Counted from the first letter of the stretch, positions 1-8,582 are shown. The stretch: 25,706 nt of DNA from Promethearchaeota archaeon (GCA_011364975.1 RDOE01000049.1:1-25706); one strand, 5' to 3'. Numbers and translations are program-made. The notes: a model not told the origin generated them from the sequence alone.

Positions 1-375
1 ATTGCTGGACAAAGACCATCCGAGGCTCTCGGGGTCGTTTAACCGCAATTCTACATGCTTCATCGTCCGTATTTTAATGGTGCGGATGGGGCAATATTAG
101 TATTTGATATCACCCGAAGTTCAACATTCAGTAATGTTAACAATTGGTGGCAAACATGTATAAAGTATGCCCTTAGTGGCATCCCAAGAATCTTAATTGG
201 TAATAAGATCGATTTAGAGGAAGAACGCAAAATAATTTTACCTATGGCGGAACACTTAAGCGAAAAATTAAATGCACCTTATTTTGAAACTTCTGCCTTG
301 ACTGGAGAGAATGTAAAGACAATTTTCCAGAAGATAGGTGAATTAGTATATAAATATAAGGAAAATTTTAAATAA
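1..375 (+). CDS. Rab-like small GTPase, 5'-partial, interrupted by a 30-nt putative intron (exons <1..12 and 43..375)
   Basis: Frame 1 reads IAGQ (end of G3 DxxGQ), then 10 extra codons ending in TAA, then PQFYMLHRPYFNGADGAILVFD...GNKID (G4)...ETSAL (G5). The joined sequence AGQPQFYMLHRPYFNGA fits the Rab pattern GQxxFxxLxxxY[YF]xGA. No C-terminal Cys prenylation motif. The ATG at 55 is internal. Confidence 0.9.
13..42 (+). other. Putative bulge-helix-bulge (archaeal tRNA-type) intron in a protein-coding gene
   Basis: Exon stem ATTGC(1-5)/GCAAT(45-49) with a U6-C44 mismatch; 4-bp central helix GGAC(7-10)/GTTT(37-40); 3-nt bulges AAA(11-13) and AAC(41-43); intron stem GACC(14-17)/GGTC(33-36) plus CCGAG(20-24)/CTCGG(28-32). 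Cutting after the 2nd nt of each bulge removes 13-42 and restores the reading frame and motif spacing. Confidence 0.75.
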
Positions 376-559
376 TCTATTTTTACTAACCACTTTCTCA
401 ATTAAATTTGCTCCTAGGTCAATCCTTATCTATTAATTTAATCTTTTATAGTCATCCATTTAATATTCTAAAGCTCAAAAGAAAAAGTGTAACCATAATT
501 TTTACTTATTTTTAGATATTATTAATATCATTGAAAATAGAATTTCTAAGTGATTTTGA

Positions 560-1276
560 TTGATAAAAGCAATAACCTTTGATCTATGGAATACATTATT
601 CGAAACTGTTTCATATTCAGATTTAAGGTTAAATCTTCTCTCTAAATATTTAAAAAAAAGAGGAATCAAAATCCCCCAAACCTCGTTAATCGAGCTATAT
701 AATAACTTTTTTAATTTCATTAATCCTAAGTTTAAAGCTTTACCCCAACATCATGTTTATACAAAGGAAAGAGTTTTCTCCTTATTTGAAGAGTTAGATA
801 TATCCATAAACTCTTTAGAGGTAGATCAAATTGTTAATGGAATTGAAGCTGCGATGCTTGAAAATCCACCAGCCTTGAAAAAGGGAGTAAAAGACACGAT
901 CAGCATTTTAAGTCAGGATTATAAATTAGGCATCATTTCAGATACAGGGATAACTCCGGGGAGAATTATTAGAATAATATTGAAAAAATATGGCATTTTG
1001 AAATTTTTTCTAACAACCATTTTTTCTGACGAAATTGGATATTATAAGCCACATTCAAAAGTTTTTGAAACAGCACTTGACAATTTAAGCTGCCAACCCG
1101 AACATTCTATTCATATAGGAGATCTAATAGAAACTGATATAAAAGGAGCAAAAAATTACAATATGCGTGCTATATGGATAAGTAATTCCCTTCAGATAAA
1201 TAACTTCGATATTCAACCTGATTATAAAATTAACGAGATATCTGAAGTAATAGAAATAGTAAAAAGTATAATTTAA
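560..1276 (+). CDS. HAD-superfamily hydrolase (YjjG/PH0459-like)
   Basis: Motif I FDLWNTL, motif II IISDT, motif III KP, motif IV HIGDLIETDIKGA; TTG start. Confidence 0.9.
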   Translation: MIKAITFDLWNTLFETVSYSDLRLNLLSKYLKKRGIKIPQTSLIELYNNFFNFINPKFKALPQHHVYTKERVFSLFEELDISINSLEVDQIVNGIEAAMLENPPALKKGVKDTISILSQDYKLGIISDTGITPGRIIRIILKKYGILKFFLTTIFSDEIGYYKPHSKVFETALDNLSCQPEHSIHIGDLIETDIKGAKNYNMRAIWISNSLQINNFDIQPDYKINEISEVIEIVKSII

Positions 1277-1295
1277 ATACACAAAAGAATAAGTT

Positions 1296-1946
1296 TTAAT
1301 CTTTAATCATTAATTTATTTATCCAAAAGGTAATTTTCTCATTCAAATGTTCTTCCATTGTACCACTGTCTGGACTATTTTTACTATATAACTCAGATAA
1401 TGTTTCTAATCTATTAAGATGATTAATTGTCTGAGATATTTCATATAATATCCGATGTCCTCCTGTAAATTCAAAAATTTCCTCTTTAATTTTTTCCAAT
1501 ATTGAGACAGCATCTCTTGAACTTTCAATAGTTGATAACTCGGATTTAAAATTACTTAATTGAGAGATGATAGAATCTTTTTTGTCAGTTGCAGATTTAT
1601 CGCGCTCGATTGGCGCTTCTGTCAATTCTGAAACTGCGGTACCAAATCTGAGATTTGTAATTAAAGATCTCAGTAATTCAACCTCTTTTTCTAAATCCTT
1701 TTGATTTTCAATTACATTACTTAACTGAGGAGTTAAACTTTTCACATCTAAAGTTGCTTCATTTAATTCATTAACTTTATCAATTAATTGAGTTATTTTC
1801 AGGTTGGTTTGTCCCATCTTTGTAATAATGTCCAAACCAAACTTTTCTAAAATTGAAGAAAATTTCTCTAATTTTTCTTCAAGATCTTTAAATTTTTCGA
1901 AGATTTTTTCATGAGTTGAATTATTTAACTCTGACATTAGTTTCAT
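1296..1946 (-). CDS. Hypothetical protein, N-terminal coiled coil plus C-terminal helical domain
   Basis: 216-aa ORF filling the gap between neighbours; heptad-like Leu/Ile pattern over the first ~100 aa; no recognisable motif. Confidence 0.75.
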   Translation of the reverse strand: MKLMSELNNSTHEKIFEKFKDLEEKLEKFSSILEKFGLDIITKMGQTNLKITQLIDKVNELNEATLDVKSLTPQLSNVIENQKDLEKEVELLRSLITNLRFGTAVSELTEAPIERDKSATDKKDSIISQLSNFKSELSTIESSRDAVSILEKIKEEIFEFTGGHRILYEISQTINHLNRLETLSELYSKNSPDSGTMEEHLNEKITFWINKLMIKD

Positions 1947-2119
1947 CTAAAAGAGATTTAATTCAAAATATATTTATTATTCTATTGAATGATATGAATG
2001 ATAAATCTTGTAAAAAGATCAATTTTTTATTCCTTTTATATATTAATAAATATAGTACAAAAATATAAAGTCGAGTTTTTGAGTTGTAGATTTTCAGTTA
2101 TAACTAGTGCGTGCTGATA

Positions 2120-3004
2120 ATGATTCAATATATTAATTTATTGACTAGAGATGGTAAATCTCTACTTTTTAGAAATTATGGTACCTCCGATGTCGATCGT
2201 GACTTGCTAGCTGGATTTTTAAGCGCTTTCTCAGGATTCATAAAAGAAATTAGTCAAAGTGATATTAGAAGTACTGCGACAGATGAATTTAAATATTTTT
2301 ATACCGTAATAGATGAGATTATTATCGTTGTATGTGCTGATTTGGATGAAGATGATGCACTAATAAACTCTAAAATAACAACCATCAGAGCTAAATTTAT
2401 CGAAAAATATGGGAAGGTAATTAGCCAAGGTAAGTGGTCAGGTAATAGAGCAATTTTCACGGAATTTGAAAGAGTGCTTGATGATACAATATTAGGCGCA
2501 ATAAAGGTTTCTATAATTGGTGTAGGAGGCGTTGGCAAAACAACTCTATTACATCTTATATGTGGAAAAGATGTAGATTTAGAATATGTGCCTACGATAA
2601 ATGTCGATATCACTAGTTATGATGGAGAGGAGTTGGGAATTCATCGTTCGCTAGTATTATGGGATTTTGCAGGTCAGAAATCATATAGATCCTTATGGAA
2701 AAGCTTGCTTGACAGTACTGATATTGCATTACTCGTTCTAGATTCCAGTTTTGAGAATGTAAGTCAAAGCAAAGAAATTATGAGGGATGTTTTAGATAAG
2801 TATTATAAAAATGTAGTTGTTATTGGAATAGCCAATAAACAAGACTTGCCTAATCGACTCACACCGGAATTTTGTGAGCGAATCTTATCTGAAGCAGAAA
2901 GAAACCCTCCAATTAAGGTATATGGGATGATAGCTATAAAACCAATTTATCGAGAAAAAATTCACGCAATTTTAAGAGATGTAATTAGTAAAATTTCCAA
3001 ATAA
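2120..3004 (+). CDS. Longin-like domain fused to an Arf-related small GTPase
   Basis: N-terminus MIQYINLLTRDGKSLLFRNY...LLAGFLSAFSGF is longin-like. C-terminal half has G1 GVGGVGKT, G2 YVPTI, G3 WDFAGQxxxRxLW and G4 NKQDL. ATG 2120 preferred over GTG 2111. Confidence 0.85.
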   Translation: MIQYINLLTRDGKSLLFRNYGTSDVDRDLLAGFLSAFSGFIKEISQSDIRSTATDEFKYFYTVIDEIIIVVCADLDEDDALINSKITTIRAKFIEKYGKVISQGKWSGNRAIFTEFERVLDDTILGAIKVSIIGVGGVGKTTLLHLICGKDVDLEYVPTINVDITSYDGEELGIHRSLVLWDFAGQKSYRSLWKSLLDSTDIALLVLDSSFENVSQSKEIMRDVLDKYYKNVVVIGIANKQDLPNRLTPEFCERILSEAERNPPIKVYGMIAIKPIYREKIHAILRDVISKISK

Positions 3005-3148
3005 ATATTTTCTTCATCTTAAATTGCAATTATTATCTAAAACTAATTATAATTTAAGGTAATCGGATTTTTGAGTTCAAAAGTAAAAGTTTTATAATTT
3101 TGGAAATTTTTTAGATATAAGCTTGACTTAATAGTCGTGATTTAATTG

Positions 3149-4894
3149 ATGGATTTTAAACTTGAAGAAATTGAAGAGATTGAACGTGAACATGCTAAGA
3201 TTATAAAGTTGCCGCATTTAACTGAAGAAGAGAAGTATTTAATAGATCCAATCGTAGCCCCAACATCAGGATTGAGGATTCAGATCTTAGATGTTATAGA
3301 AAAAAATGGAGTAAAACAGTATTTATTACCAAAAAGAAAGTTATTTCTGTTTTTAAGAGTTTTTAAGGCTATAAGTATATTATATAAAGAACTAAAGAAA
3401 GGAATCAATTTAAAAGTTTTAATTGTTACAGATGATAGACCTACTAAGGACATATTGTTAACATATTGCTCTCAGATATTTGCATACGATTCTTACCAAA
3501 TTTATTATCAAAAAGACGAACCAGGAAAATCAAGAATGTCATCACCTTATGGAGCTGCTTCGGTCGCGCTATTAGAGGAAATTAAATTAACAATTGTATT
3601 AACTGCTTCTCATAACGATTTAACTTGGAATGGAGTTAAGTTTTACATAGACTATCCAATTCCAATGTCAGGTGATATGTTTAAAGATATATCTAAAATT
3701 GCATTAGATCTTAAAGAAATTAATTTGAAAGCGACTTTTAAAACTGAGTTAATTGATATTGAACAAATGAACAATAACTATGTGATTCAGTTATTGTCAA
3801 AGGTTTTGACTTTAGAAAGTATTAAAGAAAGAAATATTGTAATTTGGCCATATTTAGGAAAAGCTAGAGGGATTGTTAACTTATTTCGACAACTTGGAGC
3901 TAAAGTGACTGTAATAGAAGAGGAAATAGACCCTCCAAATCCTATTAAAGAAATTCGAGAAGATAAATTAAAATCGGTTATGGAATCGAATAATTCTACC
4001 ATCGCTTTACTATTGGATGCTGATCGGGACAGAATAGCACTTTATGTGAAGCAAAACGGTAAATACCAATTTTATATTCCGAATGAAATCTATTCTGCTA
4101 TGCATAACATTTTAGCTAAAGAGTATAACAAAAAAATAATTAATGTTAGAACTATCCCTAGCGATTTAAGGGCAGATAATTCAAGCTACATCAATATATT
4201 AACTGGAGTTGGTTATAAACATTTAGGGATTATTTTATATTTCTTACTTGATATTCCTGTAGATCAATCCAAGGTTGATACTGCAATTCTTTATTTTGAA
4301 GATGAAGATAATACTCTAATAAAAATAAAAGAGCCGCAACCTTTAAAAGAAGAATTCTTTAAATTAATGAGTAGGGATGCTTTAAAAGAAGATCAGTTTC
4401 TAATTGTTATGTGGGAGGAATCTGGAGGTCATACGCTTAATGTATTAAATAGTGTATTGAATCAAACAGACCAAGATGTAAAATTTACCACAAGATTTCC
4501 ACTTATTGCTGATAAATATCCTGTTCCTGCGTTAGTATTAGCTACAGAATTAATTGCGAGAGGACATATTATTTCAGAATCTATAGATTGGTCAATCAAA
4601 GGAATTAACAGAACAATTTCTGCTATTGATGAAGAAAAGGTTAAAATCATGAAAAATTTTGAGAAAAATGATAAAAAGTCTATAACAATTAACGGAAAGG
4701 AGTATCACGTTAACGCTTTATCAGATAATAATGGTATTATTGACATATTTCAACTAAAAAGTAATGATTCTACCCTTTATTTCCGACCAAGTGGGACTGG
4801 TCCCGAAGTCCGATTTTATATATTCGGTGCCAAAGAAACTCATTTATCAGAAATAAAAACAGTTCAAAATTTTGTAAAATCTAATTATTCTTAA
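3149..4894 (+). CDS. Alpha-D-phosphohexomutase family protein (PGM/PMM-like), divergent
   Basis: TSGLR, catalytic TASHN, metal loop DADRDR, sugar loop EESGG and phosphate loop RPSGT are all present. Confidence 0.88.
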   Translation: MDFKLEEIEEIEREHAKIIKLPHLTEEEKYLIDPIVAPTSGLRIQILDVIEKNGVKQYLLPKRKLFLFLRVFKAISILYKELKKGINLKVLIVTDDRPTKDILLTYCSQIFAYDSYQIYYQKDEPGKSRMSSPYGAASVALLEEIKLTIVLTASHNDLTWNGVKFYIDYPIPMSGDMFKDISKIALDLKEINLKATFKTELIDIEQMNNNYVIQLLSKVLTLESIKERNIVIWPYLGKARGIVNLFRQLGAKVTVIEEEIDPPNPIKEIREDKLKSVMESNNSTIALLLDADRDRIALYVKQNGKYQFYIPNEIYSAMHNILAKEYNKKIINVRTIPSDLRADNSSYINILTGVGYKHLGIILYFLLDIPVDQSKVDTAILYFEDEDNTLIKIKEPQPLKEEFFKLMSRDALKEDQFLIVMWEESGGHTLNVLNSVLNQTDQDVKFTTRFPLIADKYPVPALVLATELIARGHIISESIDWSIKGINRTISAIDEEKVKIMKNFEKNDKKSITINGKEYHVNALSDNNGIIDIFQLKSNDSTLYFRPSGTGPEVRFYIFGAKETHLSEIKTVQNFVKSNYS

Positions 4895-4999
4895 TCACAA
4901 GATTAATTTCAACTTACAACTAGTTCATATTAAAAATTTAATTGCAATAGAATATTTTCTCTAACTAATTATAATTATATCAATTATACTATTACAAGA

Positions 5000-6274
5000 T
5001 TGGTTTTGACAAAAATTATGCAAGAAAAAATAATTGATGATAAAATCCTTGAAAAAATATCATTGGAAAATGTATTCAAGATTTTTAATGACAATGTTTT
5101 TCCAATGCTAAATGATGAGGAGAAAGCGTATTGCAATGAGCTCCAAACGTTCTGTTTAGACCTTCATCCTAAAATAGATAAATCTAAAGATGTATACATT
5201 CTTTTCCCTGAATTAGGAAAACATGGATACATGCAAAGAATTAATAAATGGAGAGATTTTACACCATACGGCATGAAGAAGGAAATCCTTTTAGGTACCC
5301 ATCTTTCACTTCTTGATCCACAACTCGAATTAGCTCGTTTAGCAAGTGGTATTTTATGCGGAAATCCAACATTTCATTATTATACTCATGGTGGAACTGG
5401 CGATACGATTCAGAAAGTGCAAGATGAGCTAATGTCTGGACAAAAAATAGGATGTATTGGAATAACTGAGCCTGAGAGAGGTTCTGATGCGGTTAATATG
5501 ACAACAGTAGCTACTAAAACAGACGATGGCGTCTTATATAATGGTGAGAAAGTCTATACCACTAATGGGCCAAAAGCCGATTACTTCTGTGCTTATGGAG
5601 TATATAATAAAGAGGATCCGCGAAGTACAATGGTACAAGCCATGATAAAGCGAGAATTTGGGGTTAAAACAGAACGTTTAAAAATCAATTCGGTACCAAG
5701 AGTTCACATTGCTCATACTTTCTTTCAAAACGTAAGGATTCCTAAAGATTATATCTTGGCTGATGATGGATTAGGTTACACTAGATTATTCGAGGGATTA
5801 GTTCCAGAAAGGCTAGGAATTATGGGATCAGGTATAGGAATTTGCTGGTCTGGATTAATCTATGGGATTATCTACACTAACCTAAGGAAGCAATTTGGAA
5901 AGCCTGTAATTAATTATCAAGGTGTTGGGTATGGGCTTGCGGATTTACTAACTAAAGCTACAGCAGCTACAAGCTTAGCTTTACAGTCAGCAACGATTTA
6001 TGATGATAAAATATTGTTTGCAGATAAACCGTCTAAAGAAGCAGAAAAATGGGTTGCAGGTATCTCGTCTCAAGGAAAGTATTACACAGCTAAGCTTACG
6101 CATGATATCTGCTATGAGGTTCAACAGCATATGGGCGGAGTTTCAGTAACTGACAACACACCGGTAGATGAATTAATGGATGTAAGTAAAATCGAAGAAG
6201 TTATCGGTGGGGCCCGAAATATACAACTTCTTCTAATCCAGTCTCAAATTCAAAGATATATGAGACTTCTCTAA
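5000..6274 (+). CDS. Acyl-CoA dehydrogenase
   Basis: ITEPERGSDA, NGEKVYTTNG, RKQFGKPV, QHMGG. Alternative ATG start at 5018. Confidence 0.93.
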   Translation: MVLTKIMQEKIIDDKILEKISLENVFKIFNDNVFPMLNDEEKAYCNELQTFCLDLHPKIDKSKDVYILFPELGKHGYMQRINKWRDFTPYGMKKEILLGTHLSLLDPQLELARLASGILCGNPTFHYYTHGGTGDTIQKVQDELMSGQKIGCIGITEPERGSDAVNMTTVATKTDDGVLYNGEKVYTTNGPKADYFCAYGVYNKEDPRSTMVQAMIKREFGVKTERLKINSVPRVHIAHTFFQNVRIPKDYILADDGLGYTRLFEGLVPERLGIMGSGIGICWSGLIYGIIYTNLRKQFGKPVINYQGVGYGLADLLTKATAATSLALQSATIYDDKILFADKPSKEAEKWVAGISSQGKYYTAKLTHDICYEVQQHMGGVSVTDNTPVDELMDVSKIEEVIGGARNIQLLLIQSQIQRYMRLL

Positions 6275-6284
6275 TTAATCCATA

Positions 6285-6302
6285 TTTTTTAATTTTTTTT
6301 TT
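6285..6302 (+). terminator. Oligo(T) tract, probable archaeal terminator
   Basis: T6-AA-T10 about 10 nt after the acyl-CoA dehydrogenase stop codon. Confidence 0.5.
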
Positions 6303-6459
6303 ACCCTTATCATGAAATCTATTAATTAGAGTTATAATAGATCTTGAGATTGAATATCTAACACTTTAGCTAATTTTTGTTTTTTTCTCTCTATTAGTGG
6401 CCTAGCAGCTCTAGGTCGGTTTAACAAGGAATTAAAGAATAATTAAAAAAAAGATTGAA

Positions 6460-6906
6460 TTACTTTTTTAAGATTTCTTTAGCAGAAAATAATAATCCGA
6501 GATCAAGTAAAATATCACCCACAACGAAAGTAATCATACTGCCTCCATAATATTGTATTACAATTTTATATCCGATAAATGTGACCCAAACTAGAGATCC
6601 CACAATCAATAACGCATACCACGCCCATTTTTCTCTTTTCTGAAAACCCTTTTGGACGATAAAGAGGACGAGGATTCCAATACCGCATACCATAAAGCCC
6701 ATAACTTTTTTTTGTAATATAAAAATCTCCGCAAATGCTTGATCTATCTCAAAGTATTGTTGATATGTTAAACCTGTATACTCAAAAAAATCACTGATAA
6801 ACATGATTTCCGTCACAAATATCATGAGTAAGCCCATTCCGATGATATACCATCCCATAAAATTCATAAAGAACGTTCCTAACTTCATATTATTCATAAT
6901 TCTCAC
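6460..6906 (-). CDS. Hypothetical membrane protein (about 4 TM segments)
   Basis: Four hydrophobic stretches and a GFQKREKWAW loop. Start may be at a downstream ATG. Confidence 0.75.
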   Translation of the reverse strand: MRIMNNMKLGTFFMNFMGWYIIGMGLLMIFVTEIMFISDFFEYTGLTYQQYFEIDQAFAEIFILQKKVMGFMVCGIGILVLFIVQKGFQKREKWAWYALLIVGSLVWVTFIGYKIVIQYYGGSMITFVVGDILLDLGLLFSAKEILKK

Positions 6907-6991
6907 TTGAATATCTCAAAAAAGGTAGTAATCAATATTTGTTTTTACTTATTTAAATAAGTTATTTTCTTATGAGTTTGTTTAATATGTT

Positions 6992-7756
6992 TTAATAAAA
7001 AAGCAGACCAAAAATAGCGGTTATAATTGATTTTAAACTAATTCCAATTAAAAAACAAAAAATTATAATCTCAAAAATTTTTACGGGAATTTTAGGAGTG
7101 AATTTTTGTCCAAACTTCGTACCCAATAATATTACTGGAAATCCCAGAAGAAATAATAATAATAATTCATAAGGAAAGATACCCGTGATAAAATAAAATG
7201 GATTTCTGGCAATTGAAAGAGCAAATCCAATAGCCGCAAAATTTTCAATAAAACTTTCCCTATAGTGTCCTGTTTTTTCAAGTAATGCTACATTAAGGGG
7301 TCCAGCAGCGCTGATCAATGCAGTTAATAATCCGTAGGTAAATCCTCCAAAAAAAATGAGTGTTGATTTTGTATATAATTTTCTTTCCACCATTATTTCC
7401 TTATTTTTCTTATAATATTGATATAATTTCAGGCTAGAATACCCGAGAATAAAAATGCCAAGGATGAGTTCTATCCAATCCAATCCGAACCCGATAATAA
7501 GAAACGTGCCAAAGATTGTAGCAGGAATCCCTAAAGATAAAAATCGGACATAATATCCTTTATCTAAAAATTCCCGATACTTTATAAAATTGAGAAAAGA
7601 TGTAAGAGTCCCCCAAAGATTAACCAATATCACTGCATTTTTAACCCCGATTAAGGGAGTAATAATCGGAATTAAAATCAATGCATCCGCAAATCCGATG
7701 ATACCGTAAACCATACTTGAGAAAAATATGGCAATTAACGAAAGATAAACAATCAT
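6992..7756 (-). CDS. Sulfite exporter TauE/SafE family membrane protein
   Basis: Two-repeat hydrophobic protein with GIIGFADALILIP and ALISAAGP at the positions of the family's GxG(G)xxxxP motifs. Confidence 0.8.
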   Translation of the reverse strand: MIVYLSLIAIFFSSMVYGIIGFADALILIPIITPLIGVKNAVILVNLWGTLTSFLNFIKYREFLDKGYYVRFLSLGIPATIFGTFLIIGFGLDWIELILGIFILGYSSLKLYQYYKKNKEIMVERKLYTKSTLIFFGGFTYGLLTALISAAGPLNVALLEKTGHYRESFIENFAAIGFALSIARNPFYFITGIFPYELLLLFLLGFPVILLGTKFGQKFTPKIPVKIFEIIIFCFLIGISLKSIITAIFGLLFY

Positions 7757-7844
7757 ATAGTGAATAATCCCTTATTTTCCAGATTCTGATGATAATTAAG
7801 TAAAATTATCGTACCTTATACTTTTTTGTTACCTTTCAGAAAAG

Positions 7845-8582
7845 TTAGATATCATCAAGTCTTTTCTGTTTAGTTTTTTCAATATTACCAAATAGTAATT
7901 CTTTATTCTTTTCTACAAATTTCCAACTAATTCCTTTTAATTTTTCTAAGGGGCCTCTTATTCCTTTTGGGTTTCCTGTTCTCGTAAACGTTATCTCTGT
8001 ATGTTTAATGGCTTTTAACACTTTATAAGGTGTTTTATATTTTTCGATTAAAGATTGAGCTTTTTTTGGACCAATATCAACAAGTCCTTCAACTATATAC
8101 GTTCTACGCTCATCTACAGTCATGGTCTTCGGAGCTTTTCTTGATAAGATAGTTGCCCCATCTCTGATTTGCTCCCGATAAGCAATCCGCTCTATAACAA
8201 TTGCAGTATCTTCAATATTCCTCGTGGGAATGACTGCAATTCCCATTTTATATGAAATTTTAGAAAGTGCTCCATATATTGAAGATATCTTCATACCAGT
8301 ATTTTCAAATACATTATCATTTAAACCTTCTAAAATAAGAATTGGCGTCGGATACGTATCTTTTAATCTCATTAATTGTTCAAATAACCTATTATCAATA
8401 ATTGATGCCACAAAATCAAAACCCTCTTTCCTTTCTATTGCAACCTCTTCAGAAACAATGATATCAGCAATATCTAATTGTTTTGCCTCATATTGTATAT
8501 GAGGATACTTTTCATTAAATATACTCATAAGTTTCCGTTCTCTATTGTCTATAAAGATTTTTAGAAGGTTATTCTGGCTCAT
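7845..8582 (-). CDS. xpf: Short XPF/ERCC4 structure-specific endonuclease with HhH domain
   Basis: IFIDNRE, ADIIVSEEVAIERK, DFVASIIDNRLFEQ, ILEG, HhH (DIGPKKA); no helicase domain; C-terminal QKRLDDI resembles a PIP box. Confidence 0.9.
   Translation of the reverse strand: MSQNNLLKIFIDNRERKLMSIFNEKYPHIQYEAKQLDIADIIVSEEVAIERKEGFDFVASIIDNRLFEQLMRLKDTYPTPILILEGLNDNVFENTGMKISSIYGALSKISYKMGIAVIPTRNIEDTAIVIERIAYREQIRDGATILSRKAPKTMTVDERRTYIVEGLVDIGPKKAQSLIEKYKTPYKVLKAIKHTEITFTRTGNPKGIRGPLEKLKGISWKFVEKNKELLFGNIEKTKQKRLDDI

Noticed and set aside
40-42. Stop-codon recoding (Sec/Pyl) or an intein as the explanation of the GTPase interruption
   Set aside because: The stop is TAA, not TGA or TAG. Read-through would leave 10 extra residues in switch II, and the insert is far too short for an intein.
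13-42. Sequencing adapter or chimera at the window edge
   Set aside because: It does not match the TruSeq or Nextera adapter sequences I know, both flanks are colinear parts of one gene, and the insert base-pairs with exon sequence. Read-level confirmation is still needed.
55-375. 106-aa ORF starting at ATG 55 as a complete gene
   Set aside because: It lacks G1-G3. The G3 residues IAGQ lie in the same frame at 1-12, so this ATG is internal.
502-4650. Minus-strand ORFs 502..720, 2299..2613, 3787..4002 and 4462..4650
   Set aside because: They overlap well-supported plus-strand genes and have no recognisable features.
4784-4812. GC-rich, partly palindromic patch (GGGACTGGTCCC) in the phosphomutase gene as a second intron
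   Set aside because: It encodes the conserved RPSGTGP motif with normal spacing; there is no insertion.
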